Assembly: GCA_041492755.1 (NCBI GenBank)
Contig: JBGPXN010000034.1
Location: 1 to 34,460, forward strand
DNA from: Candidatus Methylomirabilia bacterium
GTDB lineage: Bacteria > Methylomirabilota > Methylomirabilia > Rokubacteriales > CSP1-6
Direction: 5' to 3'
Length of the DNA stretch: 34,460 bases
Part shown: positions 18,782-27,870 of the stretch, in pieces
How positions within the stretch are numbered: the stretch's first letter is position 1
Layout of the letters: each line of letters opens with the position of its first letter
Notes under the pieces: generated by a model
Told to the model about the DNA's origin: nothing
What the model saw: the letters and a program-made list of their open reading frames with translations, nothing else
The model's database searches: none
Translations under genes and position numbers: made by a program

Positions 18782-20002
18782 CTAGCCCAGCGGCCCCTGG
18801 AAGACCTGGTCCACGTAGGTGTCCGACAGCGGCTCCAGAGCGTCCGGCCAGTTGCCGTTGACCTGGCGCCGCTCGCCGGGCGACCTCACCCGGCCGTCCC
18901 AGCCGACCTGCTCCATGTAGTAGTAGAGCTGGATGCAGTGGCCGTCGGGGTCGAGGACGAAGGCCGAGTAGTCGATGCCGGGGTACAGCTCCGGCGGAAT
19001 CGAGTCGACGAAGGTGGCCCCGTGCGATTTCAGGAAGCCCAGCGCCTCCCGCAACTGGGTGTAGCTGCCCACCTCCACGCCGAAGGACATGCAGGTGGTG
19101 TGCTCGGCGAGCCCGAGCGGGCGCCGGAGCTCCTTCGGGAAGAGACCCACGCTGTGGTGCTCGGCGCCGCAGCGGAGGAACACGCAGCGCGCGCCTCGGT
19201 ACACGGTCTCCTCGCTCTTCACGAAGCCGAGACGCCCGGTGTAGAACGCCTCCGCCCGCTCCACGTCGGCCACGAAGAGGCTCACCGGACCGATCCGGGT
19301 GATCTTGAACGGCCGCGCCAGCAATACCCCGTCGACGTCGTAGGTCTCGGGCGGCGTCTCTCGCGTGCGGTGGCCGGAGAGGATGTCGATGCCCTTGTCG
19401 AGGGCCCCGGCCAGCTCGGCGCTCTCCGAGATCTGCGGCAGCGACGGCTTCTCGCGGAAGCCGCGGTCGTACATCTCGACCGGCTTGCTCGCCTGATTCC
19501 AGCCGATCTGCTCGATGCCGTAGTACAGCTCGGTGGTGTGGCCGTCGGGATCGTAGACGTACACGTGCCAGTTGCTCCCCGGCATGTCGCGGCCCACACG
19601 CTGGATGGGGACGCCCGCGTCCTGAAAGTAGGTGTGGGCGTCCGTGATCTCCCGGAGACTGCCGCACTGCCAGGTGATCTGGTTGACGGTGACCTCGGAC
19701 CCGAACTTCCGGTCGGCGCGGTGGTCCATCACCCGCTTGTTGAAGAGCACGAAGGCGTGGTGGTCCGTGCCGTAGCGCATGAAGTAACCGCGCGGGTCGC
19801 CGAGGTCGACGTCTTTCGGAAACCACGGCGCCTGGCCGAAGTCCAGGGTGTCGGAGAGCTTGAAGCCGAGCCGATCGGTGTAGAACTCCCGGCCCTCGGC
19901 GAGCTTCACGACGTTGAACCCGAAATGGCCGAGCCGCCGGATCTTGAAGGGGCGGGGCAGGAGCACGCCACCGACGTTGTAGCGCCTGGTGATCGTCGCC
20001 AT
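18782..20002 (-). CDS. VOC/glyoxalase family protein (extradiol dioxygenase-like)
   Basis: RLGHFG, FYTDRLGF, DHH, YVYDPDGHTTELY and a repeated VOC module; ATG 20002 after GGAGGAGG. Confidence 0.88.
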   Translation of the reverse strand: MATITRRYNVGGVLLPRPFKIRRLGHFGFNVVKLAEGREFYTDRLGFKLSDTLDFGQAPWFPKDVDLGDPRGYFMRYGTDHHAFVLFNKRVMDHRADRKFGSEVTVNQITWQCGSLREITDAHTYFQDAGVPIQRVGRDMPGSNWHVYVYDPDGHTTELYYGIEQIGWNQASKPVEMYDRGFREKPSLPQISESAELAGALDKGIDILSGHRTRETPPETYDVDGVLLARPFKITRIGPVSLFVADVERAEAFYTGRLGFVKSEETVYRGARCVFLRCGAEHHSVGLFPKELRRPLGLAEHTTCMSFGVEVGSYTQLREALGFLKSHGATFVDSIPPELYPGIDYSAFVLDPDGHCIQLYYYMEQVGWDGRVRSPGERRQVNGNWPDALEPLSDTYVDQVFQGPLG

Positions 20003-20110
20003 CGTGTGCTTCCTCCTCCCAGAAGGCTTTGAGGCCTCTACCGACTGCCGGGCTGGGACGGTCCGAAGAAGTGTCGCAACGATAGCCCCGCCCGGCTTCA
20101 CGGGTCAACG

Positions 20111-20217
20111 TCGTGAAGCTGCACGGCGGCACGAGCACGGTGGCCAGCGAGATGGGCCAGGGAGCGACATTCACCTTCACCCTTCCGGTGCGTCGAGAGC
20201 CGGGAGGGTAATCCCCG
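20111..20217 (+). pseudogene. relic of a histidine kinase HATPase C-terminus; diverged direct repeat of 18226-18332
   Basis: VKLHGGTSTVASEMGQGATFTFTLPV vs VELHGGRIDVASQVGQGSTFTFSIPV; ungapped, 81/107 nt identical by hand count. Confidence 0.8.
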
Positions 20218-20271
20218 ACTCCGCTGCGCTCCATCGTCCGGTTTGGCGTGGGCCTTGCGCTGCCGCAGCGA

Positions 20272-20730
20272 CTATCGGTGGGAAACCGCCATGAGCATCT
20301 GCGGCTCGACGTTCTCGACCCCGGGCAGAGCAAGGAGTTCGTGGATCCGGGCGAGCGGCTCGGCGATATCGCCGCCCCGCAGGCGCACCCACGCGGCATT
20401 GCGCGCATAGGCGGGGACCTGCATCAGCTCGAACCCGAGGCGCTCGAGGTCGGCCCGGCGCTCCTCGGCCGGGGTGCCCGGGGCAAAGCGTACGAAGATG
20501 AGCCCCGTTGGCACCGCGAGCGGGCCGTCGGGTGCGGCGTATACGGGACCGACCTGGGACGTATCCGGCGGCCGGCCGCGGAAGACGGCGATCTCCCCCT
20601 CGTTCAGTGCGAAGATCGCATCGTCGGCCGGCATTCCCCGCGGCCGGCCGTGAACGGCATAGTACTCGTCCTGCAGGTTGTACTGCCCGCGCGTCGCTCC
20701 CATGGGGACGTGACGGGGCGGGGTGGCCAT
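20272..20730 (-). CDS. hypothetical protein resembling a free-standing S8 protease prodomain
   Basis: VPTGLIFVRF...YARNAAWV...PGVENVEPQM aligns with IYTENFFVKF...YARNAYFV...PTVELSHPEL of the adjacent protease. Confidence 0.75.
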   Translation of the reverse strand: MATPPRHVPMGATRGQYNLQDEYYAVHGRPRGMPADDAIFALNEGEIAVFRGRPPDTSQVGPVYAAPDGPLAVPTGLIFVRFAPGTPAEERRADLERLGFELMQVPAYARNAAWVRLRGGDIAEPLARIHELLALPGVENVEPQMLMAVSHR

Positions 20731-20800
20731 CGAAGACAGTGTCGCACGGGTTGCCGAACCGCACGCCGGTCACCATCACGACCGCGAAGAGGAGAACGTC

Positions 20801-22768
20801 ATGTTCACCGTCCGTTATGGCGGTAAGAAGGGTCCGAAGCTCACGCTGGTGCCGAGCCCGGAACACGTGGTCGTGCGCACCGCCAACCGTGCGCCCTTGC
20901 CGCTCACGCCGATCTCGCCTTCTTCTCGTCGGGCGCTCGCCGACTTCGAGTCGATCGTGCAGTTCGCGCACGCCGGTGTCGAGGTGCTCCGGGCGGAAGG
21001 GCGGAGGGCGCGCGCCCGGGGTCGGGCGGCGCGGGCGGCCCTGAAGAAGGAGCCCAGGATCCAGTTTGCCGGCCGCGTCCTGGTCGACCGGGCGACGCGC
21101 CAACCGATCATCTACACCGAGAACTTCTTCGTGAAGTTTCACGATGACGAGAGCACGGCCGCGTGCCGCCGGGTGCTGGCCAAGCACAAGCTGTCGGTCA
21201 AGCGCCAGCTCCCCTACGCGCGCAACGCCTATTTCGTGGGCGCGCGCGAGGGCACCGGGCAGCGGGTGTTCACGATCGCCGAGCGCCTGCTGAACGAGCC
21301 CACCGTGGAGCTGAGCCATCCGGAGCTGGTCCGTCGGATGCGCTGGCGCGCGGCTTTCTCCGGACAGTGGCACCTCAAGAGGATGAGCATCGACGGGCGC
21401 GTCATCGACGAGCACGCCAGCGTGGAGACGGCGTGGACGATGACCCGCGGTGAGGGCACCACCATCGCCATCATCGACACCGGCATCGACGTCGATCACC
21501 AGGAGTTCAGCTCACCGGGCAAAGTGGTGGGGCCGCACGACGCCACCCGTCACACGAGCGACCCGCGGCCCGGGCGAGGGGAGAATCACGGGACGGCGTG
21601 TGCCGGGGTGGCGTGCGCGGACGGACGATTTGGCGCGTCGGGCGTGGCGCCGGCGGCGCGACTGATGCCGATCCGCCTCATGTCGGCCCTGGGCTCCCAG
21701 AACGAAGCGGATGCGTTCGTCTGGGCCGCGGATCACGGCGCCGACGTCATCTCGTGCAGCTGGGGGCCCGACGACGGCGAGTGGTGGAACCCTCAGGATC
21801 CCGTCCACGACACCGTCGTGCCGCTGCCCGACTCGACCCGGCTCGCCATCGAATACGCGCTGACGCACGGTCGCAACGGCCGCGGATGTGTCATTGCGTG
21901 GGCGGCGGGCAACGGCAACGAAAGCGTCGCCAACGATGGCTACGCGAGCCATCCCTCGGTGATCGCGGTGGCCGCCTGTAACGACTCCGGAAAACACAGC
22001 AGCTACAGCGATTTTGGCCCGGCCGTGTGGTGTGCATTCCCGAGCGACGACGGGGCGCCGGCGAAGACCCCCGGCATCTTCACCACCGATCGTACAGGCG
22101 CCGCCGGCTACAACTCCGGACAGGCGTCGCTCGGCGATGTCGACGGGAACTACACCAACGACTTTGGCGGGACCTCGAGCGCCACGCCCGGGGTGGCCGG
22201 GGTCGCCGCGCTGATCCTCTCGCGCAATCCGAATCTCCGCCACGACGAGGTCAAGGACATCGTCAAGCGGTCGTGCGATCGCATCGACGTCGCCAACGGC
22301 AACTACGATGCGGGCGGCCACAGCCCTCTGTACGGGTACGGACGCGTGAACGCTCGCCGGGCTGTCGACCTCGCGCTGCCCCCACAGCCGGGGACGGTGG
22401 CCGTGCGCTCCACGGTCCAGGACGTGGCGATCCGTGATTTCAAGACGGCCCGCCTGTCAGTGCCGGTGGCCGACACCGCGGCGCTCACCAGCATCAAGGT
22501 CGGCGTCGACGTTGACCACACGTACATCGGCGATCTCGTGGTGACCCTCAAGCCCCCGGCCGCCACCGGCGTCGGGTCGGTCGTCCTTCACAACCGCACG
22601 GGTGGCGGAACCGACAACCTCAAGACCACCTACGATCCCGTCAACGCGCCCGGCCTCGCGGCTCTGATCGGCAAGAAGCCGACGGGGACGTGGGCTCTGT
22701 CGGTGGCCGACCGCGAGGCCGCGGACACGGGAACCCTGCACAGCGTGCGACTCGAGCTGGGCCTCTAG
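20801..22768 (+). CDS. S8 subtilisin/kexin-like serine protease with N-terminal prodomain and C-terminal P-domain
   Basis: IIDTG, NHGTACAG, AAGNG, GGTSSATP; P-domain HTYIGDL..L and G.W.L.V.D....DTG; ATG 20801 after GAGGAG; no obvious signal peptide. Confidence 0.93.
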   Translation: MFTVRYGGKKGPKLTLVPSPEHVVVRTANRAPLPLTPISPSSRRALADFESIVQFAHAGVEVLRAEGRRARARGRAARAALKKEPRIQFAGRVLVDRATRQPIIYTENFFVKFHDDESTAACRRVLAKHKLSVKRQLPYARNAYFVGAREGTGQRVFTIAERLLNEPTVELSHPELVRRMRWRAAFSGQWHLKRMSIDGRVIDEHASVETAWTMTRGEGTTIAIIDTGIDVDHQEFSSPGKVVGPHDATRHTSDPRPGRGENHGTACAGVACADGRFGASGVAPAARLMPIRLMSALGSQNEADAFVWAADHGADVISCSWGPDDGEWWNPQDPVHDTVVPLPDSTRLAIEYALTHGRNGRGCVIAWAAGNGNESVANDGYASHPSVIAVAACNDSGKHSSYSDFGPAVWCAFPSDDGAPAKTPGIFTTDRTGAAGYNSGQASLGDVDGNYTNDFGGTSSATPGVAGVAALILSRNPNLRHDEVKDIVKRSCDRIDVANGNYDAGGHSPLYGYGRVNARRAVDLALPPQPGTVAVRSTVQDVAIRDFKTARLSVPVADTAALTSIKVGVDVDHTYIGDLVVTLKPPAATGVGSVVLHNRTGGGTDNLKTTYDPVNAPGLAALIGKKPTGTWALSVADREAADTGTLHSVRLELGL

Positions 22769-22880
22769 GTGAGTGGGGAAGCCGAAGCTTTGAGTCGATG
22801 CGCATCGTTGACAGCGACCGGGCCAGCTCGTCGGCGGCTCGCCCTCGTGCAAGACACGACCAGGACGCCGGCCGCGTGAT

Positions 22881-22909
22881 TTGACCGAGGCGTTGGGCCA
22901 GCGCACTAT
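22881..22909 (+). promoter_or_regulatory. putative promoter for the CoA-transferase gene
   Basis: TTGACC-17 nt-CACTAT, about 40 nt upstream of the start codon. Confidence 0.45.
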
Positions 22910-22948
22910 CGCTCCCGGCGCGCGAGCGTTCGCGCCGGCGGAGGACAC

Positions 22949-24154
22949 GTGGACCAGGCGCTGAGCGACGTCACCGTACTCGACCTCGGGCAGGTCATCG
23001 CCATGCCGTTCTGCACCATGCTGCTGGGCGACCTCGGGGCCCGGGTGATCAAGATCGAGTCGCGGGAGCGGGGGCAGGAGCGCGTGTCGCTGAGCGTGAA
23101 GCGTAAGCGCAACGGTGTCGAAGAACGCGTGCCGGCGGCGCAGTATCGGGACCGGAACAAGCTCGCCATCACGCTCGAGTTGAAGACGCCGAAAGGCGTG
23201 GAGCTCTTCAAGGAGCTGGTGAAGCGCGCGGACGTGGTGACCGAGAACTTCAGCGTCGGTACGATGGAGCGACTGGGGCTCGGCTACGAGGATCTCAAGC
23301 AGGTCAGTCCCGGGATCGTCTATGCCTCGATCACCGCATTCGGCCAGTACGGGCCATACTCCGACCAGCGCGGCTACGACATGCTGGCGCAGGCGATCAG
23401 CGGGTACATGAGCATCACGGGCTTTCCCGACCAGGCGCCCACCCGGTCGGGCCAATCCATCTCCGACTACTACGCCGGGATGCTCTGTGCCTTCAGCATC
23501 GTGTCCGCGCTGCACTACCGCCGGCGCAGCGGCAAGGGGCAGCACATCGACCTCGCGCTGCTCGACAGCCTGCTGATCGCGCTCGACAACCTCGGGGAGC
23601 GGTACACCGTCGGCGGCGAGCTCCTCACGCGCGCGGGCAACGTGTCGTTCGGCGGGTCCAGCTCGGGCGTCTATCCGACGACCGACGGCCACGTGGCGAT
23701 CGCGGCCGGGGCGAGCGACGCGGTGTGGCGTCGGTTCTGCGAGATCATCGGTCGCAGCGATCTCACGCGCGATCCCGGATTCGCCACGGCGGCGGCCCGG
23801 CGTGATCGTCGCGACGAGGTGGCCGCCATCATCCAGGGGTGGACCAGTCAGCGCCCCAAGGCCGCGGTGGTGGACACGCTGGTGGCGGCAGGCGTCCCGG
23901 CGGCGCCCGTGAACAACGTGGCCGAGATGATCGCCGACCCCCAGGTCAAGGCCCGCGAGATGTTCATCGAGCTGGACCATCCCACATATGGGCGGCTGAA
24001 GACGACCGGGACACCGCTCAAGCTCTCGGAGACGCCGGGCCGCGTACGCTGGCTGGCGCCCATGCCCGGCGAGCACAACGAAGAAGTCTTCGTCGGGCTG
24101 CTCGGTCACTCCCGCGACGATCTCGCCCGCTGGCAGGCCGAAGGGGTGATCTGA
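22949..24154 (+). CDS. family III CoA-transferase (CaiB/BaiF)
   Basis: LGDLGARVIKIE, RNK, ADVVTENF, GYD (catalytic Asp), GKGQHIDLAL, PMPGEHN; GGAGGA RBS. Confidence 0.92.
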   Translation: MDQALSDVTVLDLGQVIAMPFCTMLLGDLGARVIKIESRERGQERVSLSVKRKRNGVEERVPAAQYRDRNKLAITLELKTPKGVELFKELVKRADVVTENFSVGTMERLGLGYEDLKQVSPGIVYASITAFGQYGPYSDQRGYDMLAQAISGYMSITGFPDQAPTRSGQSISDYYAGMLCAFSIVSALHYRRRSGKGQHIDLALLDSLLIALDNLGERYTVGGELLTRAGNVSFGGSSSGVYPTTDGHVAIAAGASDAVWRRFCEIIGRSDLTRDPGFATAAARRDRRDEVAAIIQGWTSQRPKAAVVDTLVAAGVPAAPVNNVAEMIADPQVKAREMFIELDHPTYGRLKTTGTPLKLSETPGRVRWLAPMPGEHNEEVFVGLLGHSRDDLARWQAEGVI

Positions 24155-24189
24155 CGCCGCGAACGGCCCAACGACCGGGGAAGGGGTCG

Positions 24190-24218
24190 TTGAAGTCCGG
24201 CGTACGGGGCGATAGATT
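24190..24218 (+). promoter_or_regulatory. sigma70-type promoter of small coiled-coil gene, copy 2
   Basis: TTGAAG-17 nt-TAGATT, as in copy 1. Confidence 0.7.
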
Positions 24219-24224
24219 GTGGCC

Positions 24225-24488
24225 GTGGCAGGCCCTGGACAAGGCGCGCGGAACCCCAATTCGGGCAGCCGATTGATTTTGGAGGAGTTGCGCGATCTGC
24301 GTCTCGAGATGCGAGCCGATCGCCGGCATGCCGAAGATGAGAGACGGCGGTCTGAGGAGCGCTTGGGACGAATCATGCGCGACTTTCGGCAGGACATCCG
24401 CACCGTCGGGCTGTTGATCGTGAAGACCCTGAATCCCACACGCGGATCCTCGAACGAATCGACCGTAAACCTCGCGTCGCGTGCATGA
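24225..24488 (+). pseudogene. small charged coiled-coil protein, copy 2, internally shorter, 1-nt deletion near 24436
   Basis: RLILEELRDLRLEMRADRR...DIRTVGL.IVKTLN shared with copy 1; the shifted frame reads HTRILERIDRK. Confidence 0.6.
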
Positions 24489-24546
24489 TGCCGGCGACGC
24501 GGGGTGTGGGACCTGGCGTAAGATGGCGCGCGTGGAGGGACCGGCC

Positions 24547-25689
24547 ATGCACTACTCCCGAATCTCCGCCGACTGTCACATCGACATGCCCTGGCTCCCC
24601 GCCGACCTGTTCACCGCGAACGCGTCAGCGGCGATGAAGGAGCGGATGCCCTACGTCGTGGACGGGCCGGACGGGCCCTGCTGGACGACCAGGAAGGGCG
24701 CCGCGATGGGACTCGTTGGCGGCGTCGGGTCGACGGGGTCGAAGTACGTGCCCGGCCAGAACTATCGGCTCGACGTCATGGCGTCGACCGGCCTCTACGA
24801 CGACGGCAAGAAAGGGATTCGCCGGCCGGCCGACCCCGACCGCCGCCGGGCCGACATGGAGCGCGACGGCGTCGACGCCGAGGTGCTGTTCGGCATCCTG
24901 GGCGCGGCCACCCGCTTCGGCGACCACGAAGCCGCGGCGGAGATGTTCCGCATCTACAACGACTGGCTCGTCGACTTCTGCCGCCACTATCCCGAGCGCC
25001 ACATCGGCCTGGCCTGTCTGCCGTATGGCAACATCGAGGGCGCCGTCGCCGAGGTCTACCGCACGGCCAAGCTCGGGTTGCGCGGTCTCGAGCTGTCCTG
25101 CTCGTGGGACATGGAGCCGATGTGGCATCCGATGTGGGAGCCGCTCTGGAAGGCCGTCAACGACGTCGGTCTGCCGCTGCACTTTCACACCTTCCCGACG
25201 CTGCCGCAGGCCGTGCGCGATCGGCAGACCGGACTGACCCGGCGCGCCGCGTTCTTCACCAGCGTCGCCGGCTTCCAGATGAACCTCGTCAACATCCTCG
25301 CCGCCATCATCGGCGCCGCCGTCCTGGAGCGCTATCCGAAGATACGCATCTCGTTCGGCGAGAGCGGCATCGGCTGGATCCCGTACGCGCTCGATCGTAT
25401 GGACTTCGAGTGGGAAGACCGCTTCCGCGATCTCGGCCTCACGATGAAGCCGAGCGATTACTGGCGCCGCCAGTGCAAGGCGACGTTCCAGTTCGACCGG
25501 ATCGGGACCAAGCTGATCGACGACATGGGCGTGGAAACGCTGATGTGGGGCTCCGACTATCCGCACCCGGACGGCGTGTGGCCGGAATCGTCCAAGTACA
25601 TCGAGGAGCAGTTCGGCCACCTGCCGCCGGACGTCGTGCGCAAGATCACCTGCGAGAACGCGGGGAAGTTCTACGGCCTGATCCGCTGA
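24547..25689 (+). CDS. amidohydrolase-2 family protein (LigW/ACMSD-like)
   Basis: ISADCH, DMERDGVDAEV, YNDWL, LHFH, ESGIGW, WGSDYPHPD, ENA; ATG 24547 after GGAGGGA. Confidence 0.9.
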   Translation: MHYSRISADCHIDMPWLPADLFTANASAAMKERMPYVVDGPDGPCWTTRKGAAMGLVGGVGSTGSKYVPGQNYRLDVMASTGLYDDGKKGIRRPADPDRRRADMERDGVDAEVLFGILGAATRFGDHEAAAEMFRIYNDWLVDFCRHYPERHIGLACLPYGNIEGAVAEVYRTAKLGLRGLELSCSWDMEPMWHPMWEPLWKAVNDVGLPLHFHTFPTLPQAVRDRQTGLTRRAAFFTSVAGFQMNLVNILAAIIGAAVLERYPKIRISFGESGIGWIPYALDRMDFEWEDRFRDLGLTMKPSDYWRRQCKATFQFDRIGTKLIDDMGVETLMWGSDYPHPDGVWPESSKYIEEQFGHLPPDVVRKITCENAGKFYGLIR

Positions 25690-25737
25690 ACCCGGCGGAC
25701 CTTCGCTGAATCGACGCATCGGCATACCGGCGCTGCC

Positions 25738-25932
25738 ATGAGCGCTCACGAGTGGAGCGTCGCGCTCGAGCGGATGCTCGTGCGCATCGAGGACACCGCC
25801 GGGCGCGTGAAGGACGGGTTTCCGCACTGGGCGGATCCGGAGACGGGGCAGTGGACCATCACTCCGGACGGCGACTACCTCTTCGAGAGCCTACTGGGCC
25901 TGGCCGGCCGGATCGACCCCTTGCGCCTGTAG
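25738..25932 (+). pseudogene. internally deleted GH88-like glycoside hydrolase remnant
   Basis: N-terminal-type FPHWADP.TG.W...PDGD joined directly to C-terminal-type GDY.F.E.L...* in only 64 aa. Confidence 0.6.
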
Positions 25933-26035
25933 CGTCGCCCGGGTGACGCAGTCGCGGCACCGTCACGGGGGCCGAGCTTGGCGCCGCCGCCGAGCGCGTC
26001 CGCCCCGTGCCGAGCATCGCGTATCCCCGGTATGC

Positions 26036-27577
26036 TCAGCGCTTCAGCCGGATCTCCTCGTACGGCGCCGAGTACGGAAAGCTGGCGATGGAGCCGAAGC
26101 GCGCGTCGGCCACGTTGGGGCCGATCGCGTTGAGGAAGGTGTACTGCCACATCGGCGCGAACATCGCCCGGTCGTAGGCGAGCCGCTGGATCTGGTGCAG
26201 CATCTGCTCGCGCTTGCCGCGGTCGAGCTCCCGGGCCTGCGCCCGCGCGAGCTCGTCGATGTCGGGGTAGCCGCCGTTGGTGTAGGCGCCGGTGCTGGCC
26301 ACGAAGCTCTCGATGCGCGTGGCCGCGTTGCCGTGAGCGCCGCTGGCGCCGTAGCTGAGGCCGCGGAGCTTCTTGTCGGCCCAGGCCGAGAAGAAGGCGG
26401 CGCGCTCCATCGTCCGGAGCCTCATGCGGATCCCCACCGCTTGCAGGTACCCGATGATCGCCTCGCCGACCGAGAAGTATGGCGGCCCGACCGAGAACTC
26501 CCCAGCGTCGAAGCCGTTCGGATAGCCGGCCTCGGTCAGGAGCTGGTGCGCCCGCGCCGGATCGTACGGGTAGGGGTCCAGAGCCAGGGAGAACTCGAAC
26601 TCCCTGGGAATGATTCCGCCGGCCAGGCGCGAGAAGCCCAGCGTCTCGGCCTGGTTGAGCGCCTTGCGATCGATCGCGTGAGCGGCGGCCAGCCGCACGC
26701 GCCGGTCGTGCCACGGCGACTTCGGATCGAACTGCTCGTGGAAGTTGATCCAGTGCATCGCCACGATCTGGGTCGGCACCAGTTTCAGGCTCGCATCGCG
26801 CTGGACCTCCTGCGCGGTCGGGCCCAGGAAGCCGTACGCGATGTCCGCTTCCTTCCGCTTGAGCATCGCCAGGCGCGTGGCTTCGTCCGGCACCGTGCGC
26901 AGGACGAGCCGCTTGACGCTCGGGACTTTCCGCCAGTAGTTCTCGTGGGCCTCCAGCACCAGCTCGACCCCCGGCTTGAACGACACGAACTTGTAGGGGC
27001 CGAGGCCCACCGGCGATTTCAGGAAACCTTCGGCGCCGACCTTTTCGATGTAACGCTTGGGCACGATCCAGCCCGCGCCCGACGCCGGCGTGCCGTAGAC
27101 CGTGAAGAAATCCGGCCAGGGACCGGTGAGATGGAAGCGCACGCGATGCGGGGTGACGATCTCGACTTCGCGCACGCGCTCCTTCAGCAGCTTGGCCGAC
27201 ACGCCCTTGTAGCGCTGGAAGCTGAATTTCACGTCGTCGGCCGTGAACGGATCACCGTTGTGGAAGGTCACGCCTTTGCGCAGCGCGAAGTCGATCACGG
27301 TGCCGTCCTTCGAGACCGTCCACGACTCGGCGAGGCTCGGCGCGTGCCGCTCGCCCGGCATGGACTTCACGACGGCGTCGTGCAGCGCGTAGAAGAGGAT
27401 GAACGGCGTGATGAGCCCCTCGAGATCCACCGGGTCGAGCCAGCGTGTGACCAGGGTGATGTGGACGGCGTAGGTGAGCTGGCCCTCGGGCGCGGCCGCG
27501 GCCGGACCCACGAAGACGAGCAGGAACAGCGCGGCGAGGACGAGGCGACTCAGCGGTGAACGGCGAGCGATCGACAC
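26036..27577 (-). CDS. ABC transporter substrate-binding protein, family 5 (peptide/nickel)
   Basis: Signal peptide ending in AAA; PSLAESW, LRKGVTFHNG.PFTADDVKFS, G.GPYKF, RVRLA...AID; GTG 27577 after GGAGGTG. Confidence 0.92.
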   Translation of the reverse strand: MSIARRSPLSRLVLAALFLLVFVGPAAAAPEGQLTYAVHITLVTRWLDPVDLEGLITPFILFYALHDAVVKSMPGERHAPSLAESWTVSKDGTVIDFALRKGVTFHNGDPFTADDVKFSFQRYKGVSAKLLKERVREVEIVTPHRVRFHLTGPWPDFFTVYGTPASGAGWIVPKRYIEKVGAEGFLKSPVGLGPYKFVSFKPGVELVLEAHENYWRKVPSVKRLVLRTVPDEATRLAMLKRKEADIAYGFLGPTAQEVQRDASLKLVPTQIVAMHWINFHEQFDPKSPWHDRRVRLAAAHAIDRKALNQAETLGFSRLAGGIIPREFEFSLALDPYPYDPARAHQLLTEAGYPNGFDAGEFSVGPPYFSVGEAIIGYLQAVGIRMRLRTMERAAFFSAWADKKLRGLSYGASGAHGNAATRIESFVASTGAYTNGGYPDIDELARAQARELDRGKREQMLHQIQRLAYDRAMFAPMWQYTFLNAIGPNVADARFGSIASFPYSAPYEEIRLKR

Positions 27578-27607
27578 GGAACACCTCCACGCGTGGGACG
27601 TGGCGAG

Positions 27608-27640
27608 ACTTTGCGTGCCGGGGTTGCGCTTGTCAAGCGC
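27608..27640 (-). promoter_or_regulatory. putative promoter of the ABC binding protein, with a palindrome over the -35 box
   Basis: Minus-strand TTGACA(27636-27631)-17 nt-CAAAGT; GCGCTTG-T-CAAGCGC at 27626-27640. Confidence 0.5.
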
Positions 27641-27733
27641 GGGCCCGCGCTGGTACTGGTACATTTTCAGCGATAGCCCACTACCCCCGCGCTCGGCGGC
27701 GCTCGAGCCTGTGCGACGAGGGCCCCACGCGCC

Positions 27734-27763
27734 TTGACAGGGTCCCTGTCGGCGGCGCAGTCT
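27734..27763 (+). promoter_or_regulatory. putative helicase promoter with overlapping palindrome
   Basis: TTGACA-18 nt-CAGTCT; GACAGGG-T-CCCTGTC at 27736-27750. Confidence 0.4.
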
Positions 27764-27870
27764 GCGGGGCGATCGAACGGACACAAGGTTTTGGGGAACT
27801 GAGCCAACCACCGCCGCCCTCGCCGACTCACGATCCGGACGACGACGCGCCGGCGCGCGTCGCCGACACC

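Noticed and set aside
20801..22768. RiPP/cyanobactin protease cluster
   Set aside because: No precursor peptide, YcaO or other modifying enzymes recognised nearby
27556..27811. Overlapping extended N-termini of the helicase and ABC binding protein ORFs
   Set aside because: The region is better explained as a divergent intergenic promoter region
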